DNA of 64,000 nt from Salisapilia sapeloensis CBS 127946 (lineage: Eukaryota > Protista > Oomycota). The notes under the pieces are model-generated. The model searched no databases. It was not told where the DNA came from and saw only the letters and a list, made by a program, of their open reading frames with translations. Each line of letters opens with the position of its first letter. Position 1 is the stretch's first letter. The translations under genes were made by a program, and so were the position numbers. Of this stretch, positions 11,436 through 23,342 are shown piece after piece. The stretch is taken from contig JAADVB010000019.1 of NCBI GenBank assembly GCA_023334545.1, positions 62,001-126,000 on the forward strand. The letters are read 5' to 3'.

Positions 11436-12367
11436 GGCCAGCACTGGGTCACGATTCTTTCATCGGGTGCATACCTGAAACTTTAATTGAAATACAAGAC
11501 GAAGAGCAGGAAGTAGGACAAGCTAAAGACGAATACATTTTCTTAGACTTTTCCATTCAAAAGATTTCTTCTCGTCTAATCAAGCTAGTTGGAGAGGTAG
11601 AGATCAGTAGCAGACTGATGATAGGAAGTGTTCATTCGTGTTTCCGCTCTACATGATCTTACACCCGCTGTAGACTCTTCGGTTTACATTTTAAGCATGT
11701 TTTAACTTCAGTGAGCTGGTAACGTTCGAGTTCTTAACAAAATGTTTGACTTTATCAGTATGCTGTGAAGTCGAAAATTACTTCATTTCTTGAAAGTAGG
11801 AGGCGATGGTGGCATCAATTCGAGTCTCTTGTGTACCCTGCGTTTCTAGTACGCTAATATCATAGTAAGGTACCATCATCTTATAATTCTGACCTTCTAC
11901 GCTTGACAAAGTAGATCTCTCGAAAGAAAATATACCATAGATACGTAGCATTAAACGAGCGCATTATTATGGTAAGAATGGAAACTTGGAGCTTTAAAAG
12001 CATGCGATGATCGCTTACCTATCTTTATCCGCTCTCCGGATCATTCAACTCTTAAATCGTAATACAGCGGCACTCTTTCGTCGATGGAAGGCTGAAAATG
12101 AATTAAAATCGACTTTTAAAAAGATAAGAACGCGGGGTACCTGAACACGTGCAAGAGCTTTTCCGATCGAATAGACATCTCGACGACACTAAGCCAGCAA
12201 GAATGAGCATAACTGTCAACGTAAGCTTCCTTACATAGCTAGCCCATAATTTTAAACACACAATAGAGGTCAAAAAGGTATCCGAACGACTCTCTACTAG
12301 TCCCACTCTGCTCCTGACAAGATCTCCAAGAACAAAAGTACTTCTTGTTTGTTTATCAGATCTTTTT

Positions 12368-13760
12368 TTACTTTCTGGTTTCGAAAGCGACATCAACGTC
12401 GGCTTCTTCGGCCTGCGAGACAATGTCGGCAATCTTGACGGCCTTCTGGGCGGCATCATCCAAATCGTCCGTGACAATCAGCTTCATGCCCGACTCCTTG
12501 ATAATTTCCTGTGCACGCTCAACGTTCGTTCCCTTCAATCGGATGATGACTGGCTTCTTCAAGTCCAAGTCCTTGGCCGCAGCAACGATACCGGCAGCAA
12601 TGACATCACAGCGCATGATACCACCAAAGATGTTGACGAGGATGGACTTGACGTGGTCATCCCGGTTGAGGATCTCGAACGCCTTCTTCACCTGGTCTTC
12701 GCTGGCTCCGCCACCGACGTCCAAGAAGTTGGCCGGGCTGCCGCCAAAGAGCGAGATGATGTCCATGGTGGCCATAGCGAGACCGGCGCCGTTGACAAGG
12801 CATCCGATCGTGCCGTCGAGACCAATGTAGTTGAGGTCGTACTCGCCTGCTTCGACTTCACGCGAGTCTTCCTGCGACTTGTCACGCTGGTCAAAGATTT
12901 CCTTATGACGGAAGCCAGCGTTGTCGTCAAAGTTGAGCTTGGCGTCACAAGCGTAGATGTTTCCTTCCGGCGTTTCGGCCATGGGGTTGATTTCCACCAA
13001 GGTCGCGTCGACACCGACAAACATGTTGTACAAGTTCTTGATCATGTCCTCCAACTGCGGTCGAGCAGCTTCTTCCGCACCCAAGTTGGTCGCAAGGCGC
13101 TTGATCTGTTCATCCGTCGGACCGGTGCTGACGTCGATGTTTTCCTGGAAGATGAGCTCCGGGGTGGCGGCAGCGACGTCTTCAATGGAGGTACCGCCGG
13201 CAGGAGAGGCCACCATGACTGGGCCTTGGGAGACACGGTCCATGAGGATGCTAAAGTACATTTCACGACGCATGTAGACGCGTTCCATGAGGAAGACCTT
13301 GGACACTTCAATGCCCTTGGCGCCCGTCTGCTTCGTCACGAGCGTCTGTCCGAGCATCTTTTCAGCATATTCACGAGCTTGTTCAGGACGTGTGCACATG
13401 TGGACGCCACCCTTGAATCCGTTCGTGAAGGAGCCAAGACCACGGCCACCGGTGAGAGCCTGTGCCTTGAGGACGACATCAACACCAGCTATACATAAAA
13501 ATATTAATACGGGTAGGATACGATGGTATAGCTAGTAGGAGCTTACGTCGGTCACCCTTGAGGGCTTTGAAAGCAGCTTCGGCCTCTTCCGGCGAGTGTG
13601 CGACCTGGCCTGGAGGCGTCTGGACACCGTACTCTTGCATGACGGCAAGAGACTGGTGTTCATGCAAATTCAGTCGACGCACTGACTGCTTGAGGTGGCT
13701 GGGGGCATTCAATAAGGCCGCCGACGAGCGGCTCGAGTTCCGAAGGACACGTCCGAGCAT
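12368..13760 (-). CDS. sucC: Succinyl-CoA ligase beta subunit, mitochondrial (2 exons)
   Basis: Presequence, LNLHEHQS, intron 13546-13489 joining to VVLKAQALTGGRGLG; GCLVNGAGLAMATMD, NFLDVGGGA, NIFGGIMRCD. Confidence 0.95.
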
Positions 13761-13952
13761 GGTGTAGACTAGACGGATTTTGATTTGGTTGTTGTGCGGT
13801 GAGGAATGGCTGATGTTCGTAACTTTTTCAACACTTGGCGGTTGTATAGTTGGATATGTTGCAGCAACTGCAGTTCTGAAGGTTAACAGCAGGTGTGGAT
13901 CGGGTATGTGGACCACTTGAGCGATATAAATTGAAAGATATGTGAAAGATAT

Positions 13953-15014
13953 TTAAATTGCATATATCTTGTTGTATTCTTTTTCGAGTAACTCCATGAT
14001 TTGTATGGCTGGTAGATCTTGTGCAAACTGTGGTGATTGACCAGACCATAAGGAGGAGAAAGATGTGTCATCGTTGCTTTCAGCAGCTTTCTTTAGAGGT
14101 GCTAGAGGACCGACGGCGTATGGAAATGGAGGCACTTGATCACTCATAGGACCATGCTCTCGCATTAATTTGTTCACAATACTCCGAGCTGGTTTGCTTG
14201 AAAAGACGTTCGTGATTGCAGTATCACTACCTTTGGCTTGGCTTAATGCGTCCTTATGAAGACTGCTAATAAGACTTTCATGGGAACGGAGGAAAAGTGT
14301 ACCCATTTGGATTGCAGAGGCACCGAGAGCAAAGGCAGCAGCCATCCCTCGGCTGTCGCCAAAGCCACCAGCAGCGATAACTGGGATGTTTACTTCATCC
14401 ACGATGCCAGGCAATAAGGACATGGTACCTACTTGCTGACTGACATCCGTAGCGAGAAACATACCACGATGACCTCCGGCTTCACTACCCTGTGCGATGA
14501 TGGCATCGCATCCTCGACTTTCGAGGTAGCTGGCCTCTTCCACGGTCGTTGCAGACGACATGACGAAAGCTCCGGTATCGTGCACTTGTTGAACAAGATT
14601 TTCTGCTGGAACGCCGAAATGGAATGAAACAACCTCGGGCTTTAGATCTTGTACCAATTTTAACGCTTGTTGATCGAAAGTATACCTCGTGGGGATCGTA
14701 TCCACTGCATGCTTCGTGTCGATCTTAAACGACGTATAGTATGGCTCGAGTTGCTTGGTCCAATTCCTTTCTATGCCGTCGTAGTAGGCAGTTTGTGGAT
14801 GGCAAAAGAAGTTGAGATTGATCGGTGTGGACGGTGGAGTACTGGAACGGAATCTGGTGACCTGGTCCCGAATGGCCTCATCGGACAGCTGGGAGCATGG
14901 AATCGCACCCAAGCCACCACCGTTGGCTATTGCGATGGCTAGTTGGCAGTCCTGAGCACCAGCCATTGGGGCCTGGAAGAGCGGGAGGCGGATCCCAAGA
15001 CGCTGGACCACCAT
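13953..15014 (-). CDS. Nitronate monooxygenase / 2-nitropropane dioxygenase-like FMN enzyme
   Basis: LFQAPMAG, NLNFFCH, VVSFHFG, AQGSEAGGHRG, PVIAAGG, GASAIQMGT, SLWSGQ; likely ATG 15014 (frame is open back to 15182); intronless. Confidence 0.9.
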   Translation of the reverse strand: MVVQRLGIRLPLFQAPMAGAQDCQLAIAIANGGGLGAIPCSQLSDEAIRDQVTRFRSSTPPSTPINLNFFCHPQTAYYDGIERNWTKQLEPYYTSFKIDTKHAVDTIPTRYTFDQQALKLVQDLKPEVVSFHFGVPAENLVQQVHDTGAFVMSSATTVEEASYLESRGCDAIIAQGSEAGGHRGMFLATDVSQQVGTMSLLPGIVDEVNIPVIAAGGFGDSRGMAAAFALGASAIQMGTLFLRSHESLISSLHKDALSQAKGSDTAITNVFSSKPARSIVNKLMREHGPMSDQVPPFPYAVGPLAPLKKAAESNDDTSFSSLWSGQSPQFAQDLPAIQIMELLEKEYNKIYAI

Positions 15015-15590
15015 CTTTGGGTTCAGATTGAGGAGTGTCAAATCGTATGGGATTTCTATACAAAAATTTATGCCACGCAAGCACTTCATAGCGAAATATG
15101 TCGGTCTAGAAAAGATAGACAGGTACGTATTCTTGCATTCGCCATCACGATCTAGCAAGATCAGAATCCGTGACGCTTGCATGCCATGCTGGAGATATCT
15201 GTAAAGACGGATGAGATCGCAGCGGTCTGGAAACTATATAAGATATCAGTGGAAACCTAGAAAAACAAGTTGACGACGCTGCAACTATATTCTTTTTTGC
15301 TTTCAACTCTGAAATGTAAGACAAAACGAAGAGCTAAAGTCCAGTGATCTTTCGATCCTTGTCGCCTCTATCTCCTTTTGATGATCGACATGCGGAAACT
15401 GAGCTGTCATGGAAACCAGCCGGTCCTCTAGCATACGTAGTCCAAGTCAAAGCCACGTAGCCACGTACGACACGACAGCACTTTGTAGGCATTTCGACCC
15501 ATGATCTCACACCGATGCGTCAGTAGATGGAAACGTTGAGTAGGCTCTGTTTGTGGTCATCCGAGGCTTTCGACAGTCTTCACCTGCTTT

Positions 15591-15605
15591 TCATTCTCAA
15601 ATTTG
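15591..15605 (+). promoter_or_regulatory. Oomycete INR+FPR core promoter element of GH5 gene
   Basis: TCATTCTCAAATTTG ending 20 nt before the ATG; close to the oomycete consensus YCATTYY-N-CAWTTT. Confidence 0.65.
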
Positions 15606-15624
15606 ACATCTTGAACGCAAGATC

Positions 15625-16859
15625 ATGATGCTTCGGACCCTCAAGTTTGTATTTGCGACTGCTGCTCTCACCGCAACCGGCGTCGTCGGGCACGTCAAGG
15701 ACAAAATCATCGACGGTGCTCCTATCCGTGGCACCAATCTTGGTGGCTGGCTGGTAAGTGAACACTGGATGACCGCCACAGCAAAGTTTTGGGATCTCGT
15801 GCCGGAGGACAAGCGTGATGACGGTGAATATCAAGCAATTGCGTCTTCTAGCGACCCCGAAGCGGTTCGGAAAGGAATGGAAGAGTGGCATCGAACCTTT
15901 ATTACGGAGAAGGATATTAAGGAAATTGCCGAGGCTGGATTGAATACAGTGCGAGTGCCAGTGGGCTATTGGCTAACTCAAGAAGACAAGCATGATCCGT
16001 CTAGAAAAGAAGAATGGAAGATGTTTCCAAAGGACAATGTTGAGATGGTGGACAAGCTGATGAACTGGACCGCAACACACAACATCGCAGTGCTCTTTAG
16101 CATCCACGCAGCCAAGGGCAGTCAGAACGGAATGGAGCATAGTGCTGCGGTAAGTTCAAATATCTATTGGGACAAGTACACCGAAAACGTGAAGAACACA
16201 ATCGACCTTGCCGTATTCATCGCTGAGAGGTACAAAGATGCTGAGTCATTCCTCGGTATTGGCCTTTTAAACGAGCCGACGGGTGACCTGGACAATGACG
16301 TCTTGTTCCAGTACTACAAGGACGCGTACAAGGCTGTGCGTGAAACTGGTAGTGACTGCATTCTGGTGATCATGCCGAAGCTCATCGATGACGTGAGTTG
16401 CATGAATGGCTTCATGGACGAGGCATCTGGTTACGAGCGAGTGTTTGTTGAGCAACATTTGTACCCTGGTGAGTATCCTTTCAACAATTATTCATGGCAT
16501 GCGACTTATGATGCTTAATAGGTCTATTCGGAAATTGTGATGGTTGTAATGGCGAGCAAGTAATTGGCTCTGTGAGTGATATGGGGGACATGATCGACAC
16601 TTGGAATACGAAAAACACCAACCGCTTATTCATCGGTGAGTGGAGCTTGGCTGACGGTTTGAGCTTGACACCCGAAGAATCGGATAAGTTTACCAAAGCA
16701 AAAATGAAGATGCTACAGAAGGCTACGGGGGGATGGACTCTATGGTCCTGGCACAGCACAGGCGACGACATCCTCGACTATACCAACGGTTGGAGTATGT
16801 ACTCGATTGCCAACACAAAAGCCAATTACAGATCGGAGATCCTGCAAGAAGATTACTGA
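15625..16859 (+). CDS. Secreted GH5 exo-1,3-beta-glucanase (2 exons)
   Basis: Signal peptide; RGTNLGGWLVSEHWM, VRVPVGYW, IHAAKGSQNG, LLNEP (acid/base Glu), FIGEWSL (nucleophile Glu), GGWTLWSW; intron 16469-16521 restores the frame. Confidence 0.9.
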
Positions 16860-17370
16860 TACTAAAGAGGGTTTAAACTACATAGCCATGTGCATTGACA
16901 TCGTAAAATCTTGATTCAAAGTCACGGAATGGAAATCTTGAATTCGTGTCAACTTTCGTTGTCGAGTGGCATTTCATAGCTTTTATTTCTTTTACCAGAC
17001 ATATGTTGAAGTTATCTTGTAGACCCATTTCGTTGGATTGGAGACGACGAAGATGAAAAGAGTACAAGTACTAGAAACTAACACACTTCTAGTTCTTACC
17101 TTAAAGTTGTAGTGGATACCTTTGCCGATACGCATGTAGCTTAGTATTGGCTCTATTCCAAGTCGACATTGTAGCCATTGCTTATGGTGCATTTCGTTGT
17201 GCCGTAGCGAATTGAACTGTGCAGTCTAGTCCAAGTTCCCATTATCTGTCCGAAGATATGCATCGAGTGTATATATTTTTCATGATCAGACATCCGAGAC
17301 AAGTTTGTTGCCAAGCTTTGTAGAGTAAATAGTTGATGTCCTTGTCATGATGTCTGCTCGGGTGGGAACG

Positions 17371-17929
17371 TTAATTTAGCTCCTCTCGAAAGACGTCGCT
17401 ACTGGCCAGCATTTTGTCTTTTAATCGTGAGCCAAGCCTCTCAATGGGAATACTTTGGATGGTAACATGTGAGGGAATATAGACGTTTGTGCGTACATTT
17501 GCAGGAAAGTGAATAGTTACCATAGCATCTGACGCATCCATATTTATGCTAAAATCCCTCGTTTTATCACCTAGCATTCCCTATCTATCTACTTTAGCTG
17601 ACGGGAAGAAGATCTACCAACCATCGCTGAAATAGAAACACCTACTGAATACGGTGAGGTTAACTACATGCAGTGAGATAATAGTGGAAAGCAACCATTC
17701 ATCCGTTGCATCTACCAATGGGGACTAAAGCAAATTCAGTTCCATAAGACGTCTTTGGTTCCTTACCAAGTACGCCCTTAGTTACTGGTGCAAAAGATTG
17801 AAGTGTAAGTATCTTTCGCTCAATCCATGTCTGTCTATGGAGTCCATCTCTAATGGAATTAGCCATCCCAAAAAGTGGCATGTCAATTGCTAAGCTAAAG
17901 CCTTCCGACAGGAAGTCTGTCCTAAGCAA
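17371..17929 (-). mobile_element. Possible decayed Ty3/gypsy RT-RNase H remnant
   Basis: Minus-strand fragments in RT then RH order: DMPLFGMANS...LQSFAP, then TRDFSINMDASD (cf. F.V..DASD of gypsy RNase H); interrupted by stops. Confidence 0.3.
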
Positions 17930-19220
17930 ATGTCAGAATCCGCGATTCTATTGCCAATGCTCCTTGGAAACTATAATAGAAGCTCGCGAGACTTCGAGTA
18001 CGGTATCCAAAATTCTGATCCGTGTAGAATGAGTGCCTATCCGTAGTCTAATGATGGCTTGGATGCATACACGAATCATGGCAAACTCTCGTTGGGTGCT
18101 CGCTACTGCAAATGACTGACAAGCGTCATCAGCCTCTCCCACTACGCCAGCATCCCTTTCGAATTTCCACATCCTTCCACTGAGGCCCACGCCACGTCTG
18201 CCCATGACAGCAAAGAGGTGCTTTCACTAGGTCATGACTATGACTAGGCGCCACGATTAAAAGATCGATTGACCACTTGTAAAGCAAAGTACATGTTTGT
18301 TATTGGACTCAAACTCTGCAAACGAGCTGCTAAACTTTCCCGTAAAACTCATCTTACATGAAGAGGGTGGCAGTGCAAATACTCGCATTTCGCATGTACT
18401 TGTCGATAGTGGAGTAGACACTAAAGGCAATAAAGGATGATGGCAGTGGATAGTTCGAACAAGCCGGAAATAGACGACAAAATGCAACTAGTAAAGAGCC
18501 GTTCCATGTGGGATTGTACCAACTGAAGATCTCTTTGTAATCTTCCGGATCAGAACGCGCGGGGACGAAGACCGAAGCTTGATTAGAGGAAGGAATCTTT
18601 TAAAGCCGCATCTTGAAGCAGCAACCAACTGTGGTGGATGCGAACGCAATTGAATCTGTTAAGAGATCACACCATCATTTCACAATCCTTCTATACCCCA
18701 TACGCGATGAAGGGACTGATTCCCGATCAATGGTGCGCAGTAGCTCACGCTTTCTGATCCACCGCATAACCAAGATTCAAACCGCCGTGCAATGCTTGAG
18801 TTGAACTATGTAAACGTAGGGCATGCCCAGCTGATACCTAATGAGCTGGAACTAACGTGTATATGCACGTGTACCCTTGCTCGAACCATAGAGTCAACAT
18901 TTGTGGTAGGACACCTTTGTCTCGATCAGAGCTGAGACTATGCGTAAAGTCGCTTCCTTTCAGTATGCAGCTTGAAGCTATTAATCAAGTACCAGGTGAT
19001 ACTGAGCTAGTAGATGGCTTCATCCTCTATCTACCTCTATGAATGGCAAAAGCACGCCGTATCAGCGTCCACTACCTTCCAATCGTTCTATATTCCTCCT
19101 GCAAACAAGATACGATCCACACCTCCAGAATGCGTCGCTACTCACGATGTAGATTCCCCATCTGATTACAGGAAGAGGTTGCAGATCGTGGTCTTTATGG
19201 TATTCGCCCCGGAGCGTGTT

Positions 19221-19237
19221 TCATTCCCAAACTTTCC
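19221..19237 (+). promoter_or_regulatory. INR+FPR-like core promoter of PAP gene 1
   Basis: TCATTCCCAAACTTTCC about 30 nt upstream of ATG 19268. Confidence 0.55.
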
Positions 19238-19267
19238 TCGTCGCCCACAAGAAGCTTCATACAAGTT

Positions 19268-20782
19268 ATGTTTGCGTTTGCAATACCGCTTGCGCTCCTC
19301 GCCGTTTCCAGCCAAGCGGCTGCTATTGACGATGATGCTTGCGATTTCTTCCTCTCTTCGTTCGGTTGCGTCCCGGAGGCCTTGTGCTCGTACCAATTCC
19401 AGTTTGGTGATCTAACGCCGAATCAGTCGTGCCGAGTTCGCCCGAATGTGAACAAAGCTCCGCAGCAAATGCATCTAGCGTACGCTGGTAGCTCTCCAGG
19501 AACTGCCATGACGATTTCCTGGGCTACATTTGATGATGTCAAGGAGAGTGCCGTGTGGATCGGCACGTCAGAAAATGAATTGGATGTGTCGAATGAAGCT
19601 GTCACGAGCGCGACGTACTATAGTGAAGATGACTATGAGCTCTACCAGCACCACGTGACGGTCGATGGCCTTGAACCGAACACTAGATACTACTACAAAG
19701 TCGGCACTCCGGACGATGACAAGTTCCAGAGCGAAGTTGCATCCTTCGTGACGGCACGTGAAGCATCAGATGATTCTGAATTCGATATCCTCGTGTACGG
19801 CGATGTCGGTTTCGATAAAAATGCCATGGATACAATTACGTATGTGAATCAATTGTCATCGGATGCCTCGATCGACTTTGTTCTACACCTCGGTGATCTC
19901 GGCTATGCCGATGATTCGTTCCTCAAGCCTTCCCAAGCACTCGGATTCTTCTATGAAGAGGTGTACAATAAGTGGATGAACATGATGACGCCGCTCATGT
20001 CTGTCAAGCCGTATATGGTCATCGTTGGTAACCACGAGGCTGAATGCCACTCGCCCAACTGCCAAGCTTCGTCTTACAAACAAGAACATCTAGGCAACTA
20101 CTCTGCTTACAATGCTCGGTTTCCAATGCCATCGGAAGAGTCGGGCGGCGTTCTCTCTATGTGGTATTCGTTTGACACGTCAAAAGTTCACATGAGCTGT
20201 ATATCGTCTGAAACCGATTATGAGGGTGCTCCGAAGAACCACTATACGCTCAAGGGTGGAAATGGAAACTTTGGCGACCAATTGGCGTGGCTTGAAAAGG
20301 ATTTGCAAGCTGCGGATGAGAATCGGGATAATGTCCCATGGATCATTGTATCGATGCACCGACCATTGTACACGGCTGACACAGCGAATGCCCAAGGAGT
20401 GCCGACAGACTATTCTGCCAAGGTCCAAGCAGCGTTTGAAGATCTCTTTATCAAGTACAAGGTCGACGTCGTGCTTTCCGGACACGAGCATTCGTATGAA
20501 AGACAAGCACCGATTAAGAAGAATAAGGCCGTGATGGATGGCGTCTCGAGCGATGGAACGCTCTACGAGAAACCTCAGGCACCTGTCTACATTGTGACCG
20601 GAGCTGCTGGTAACATTGAGGACCATACGGACTTGCCCAGCAACCCTCCGGCTTGGAACATGGCGTTGGATGATCAGAACTTTGGCGTTTCGCGAGTGAC
20701 GGTGAACCGAGATTCACTTAAGTGGACGTTTACTGCTAGTTCATCAGGCAAAGTGCTTGATTCGTTCACAATGACCAAGTAG
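19268..20782 (+). CDS. Secreted purple acid phosphatase (metallophosphoesterase), copy 1
   Basis: Signal peptide; PQQMHLA...ISWAT FN3-like domain; GDVG, GDLGY, GNHE, MHRPLY and GHEHSYER metal-ligand motifs; intronless. Confidence 0.93.
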   Translation: MFAFAIPLALLAVSSQAAAIDDDACDFFLSSFGCVPEALCSYQFQFGDLTPNQSCRVRPNVNKAPQQMHLAYAGSSPGTAMTISWATFDDVKESAVWIGTSENELDVSNEAVTSATYYSEDDYELYQHHVTVDGLEPNTRYYYKVGTPDDDKFQSEVASFVTAREASDDSEFDILVYGDVGFDKNAMDTITYVNQLSSDASIDFVLHLGDLGYADDSFLKPSQALGFFYEEVYNKWMNMMTPLMSVKPYMVIVGNHEAECHSPNCQASSYKQEHLGNYSAYNARFPMPSEESGGVLSMWYSFDTSKVHMSCISSETDYEGAPKNHYTLKGGNGNFGDQLAWLEKDLQAADENRDNVPWIIVSMHRPLYTADTANAQGVPTDYSAKVQAAFEDLFIKYKVDVVLSGHEHSYERQAPIKKNKAVMDGVSSDGTLYEKPQAPVYIVTGAAGNIEDHTDLPSNPPAWNMALDDQNFGVSRVTVNRDSLKWTFTASSSGKVLDSFTMTK

Positions 20783-21970
20783 GAAGGAGACAAGTGTAAT
20801 GTTTTGAATCGTAATAGTGCTTTTCTGCTTAATCATTTAAATTCGTGAGTCATCTAGTCAAGCTTTAAAGACACAATGCTATTGCCCATTTTTCTGTCGG
20901 TTCAAAAGCGGAAGTATATAATTGTATGGTATCATTCATCCTTGCACCATCCTTCATTGGGTTCTGCGATGTCGGGAAGTGCTGATGAAAGTGCTCGTTT
21001 TCTCCTGAATCTATCGACTCGAGGGAGACCGCGAAAAGTAGTCTTAAAAGCTTCATCCGTTTCCAAAGAGATGGTGGAACATTAAAAAGATGGATATCAG
21101 AACACAAACACTTGCCATTGAAAGATGAAGCGACCGCTTAAGCGAATCTTTATGCAAGCTACAGATAGTTCAAATACAAAGAGTTTTATTGTCAGACTAG
21201 ACCAAGCTATGCAGTGTTACTTTCCAAATTTTCTCGCGGTTCCTTTTAACGCTAAGCATTCAACTATACTGGTAACCTAGAATATCCAAAGTGTTCTTAT
21301 GTTACAAGGTAGAGATTCTCCACCCTTTACTTGTTGCATGAATAGAAGTCGTACTCGTGCTTCGTCGTTGTCTTGTGAACGCACTACCGCTTTATCGTTA
21401 ATCCATACAAGGGACGATTTGACCATCAAAGATCGTATATTTGAGGTTTCCGGTCGGATGCAGCTACTGAAGATCTTGAAGCTCTCATCCAGCATACACC
21501 AAACATTGAAAGTAGCCGTTTCATGCAGCCACCTCATAGCTCTGTAGAGATAAGAACTGCTGGATTGGAGGAATATATGCTGTGCGACACGGTAGATACG
21601 GAAAATATCCAATCTGAAGCACTTGCGATTCGACTACGCCGTACAACTACGTAGGGCGGGAGTGGAAACCTTTAGTAAGACGCGAGCGGGAGATCAAAAA
21701 GTGATGGCATGGTTCTCTCAAGTCTGGAAGTGCATCTGAACAACAACCGGAATGATCATAAAGTAATTTAAAGACTTTGGCTGGTAACCTAATGACCAAG
21801 CTCATAGATTTTCCTCCAGTGGTCACTTTGATGGCTACGTCAGAATGGAATCGGTCTGTTCCTATGGTGGATTGACCGAACTGGACTGTAAATTGCTCGC
21901 ACTACCTCTACTTATTGCGCTTGACCAAAGAGAATAGAATGAAACCTAAATATTTGGTCCTCCAAAACAT

Positions 21971-23145
21971 TTATTCGTTCGACAGCGCTTGGGAAGCTTC
22001 CCGCCACTTGGTTAGCGTAGATATCGGATGTCCTTCATTCATGCGTGTCAACGCGATTTCGTACCCTTCCTTGATAGTGGCAGCAATCCCACTGACGTAC
22101 AATCCGGCTCCGGCATTGTATGCAACCGTATGGCTTAAGCACGTATCGCGTTCCTCCCCTTTGAAAAGTCTTTCGAGTGTCTTGGCATTATCCTGTGCAT
22201 CTCCACCTTCCAAATTCTTAATACCGCCAGACATTGTACAGAACTTTTCAGGGATGCCGATGTCTGCTTCCGGATCCAATTCATACTTTTCAACGGAATA
22301 CTCTAAGCCACGCACTTCCACAACTTGCGCCTTTGCAAAGCAGTGGAGTTCATCTAAACCACCGCAATGGACGACAAGACCGTGTTCAATGCCCAAGTCG
22401 AGCATCACTTGCCCGAAGATAGGGAGAAGACTTGGCTTGTACACACCAATGACCATGCGAGAGCATTTAGCAGGGTTTAAAAGTGGGCCGAGAATGTTAA
22501 AGACGGAACGAATCTGAATGGCTTTACGGATGGGAGACACGCTTGCCATGGCCGGGTGGAAGTACGGTGCGAACATGAAGGCGATTGGAGAAGACTCAAG
22601 ACACTTGGAGATATTCTCTGGCTGAAGGTGTGGGATACCGAGTGCCAAAAGCACGTCTGCAGACCCAGATCTAGATCAAAGTTGTGAGATTACGGTACGA
22701 TAGTATTGTCATAGGAATGTATACCGGCTGGAGACGGCAATAGACCCGTGCTTGGTAACTGTGGCACCACATGAAGCGGCAATGACAGCAGAAGCGGTGG
22801 AAATGTTCACTGTATTGGCACCATCGCCTCCCGTACCAACGATATCGATCGCTACACGACCGTCCTGGACAAAATCATACGTCAATTGGACATGCATTTA
22901 TTGCAAATAGCAGTAGGACGTACAGGAACAGCAACTTCCGTGCATTTTTCGCGCATGTGCTTGGCAAAAGCCGTGATCTCTGTATCGGTCTCTCCCTTGA
23001 CAGCTAGCAACGCGAGCAAGACACCAACACCGACCGGATTCTCTTTCGAGTACTCGGACGTCATGAGTTCGATTGCATAGGCAGCTTCATCACCTGTAAG
23101 ATTCTCTTGCTTGGTAAGCTTTGTCAGTAGCGATTTGAGCTCCAT
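21971..23145 (-). CDS. trpD: Anthranilate phosphoribosyltransferase (3 exons)
   Basis: Introns 22923-22865 and 22724-22671; [30 protein letters not shown]...[36 protein letters not shown]. Confidence 0.95.
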
Positions 23146-23342
23146 GATCAATTACGATGTGATCGACTGGACAAAATGTCATACAAATTCTTTTCTTTTT
23201 CTTGCGGTTTGTCTGAACTTGGGCGTCGACGACATCAGCTGTTCGAGTGTTTACGTGGTGATTGGCTCGATTCAAGCGCACCGAAACTAGTGTGGCATAC
23301 ACTACTTTCGGACCACACGACACCATCGGCTGAAACACGAAG

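Noticed and set aside
12000-12100. Possible C/D-box snoRNA (ATGAT...CTGA)
   Set aside because: Imperfect C box, no terminal stem or recognisable rRNA guide.
17040-17350. Copia-like snippets (ADIMTR; ILSYMRIGKGIHY)
   Set aside because: They occur in the wrong order for RT-RNase H and are too short; likely chance matches.
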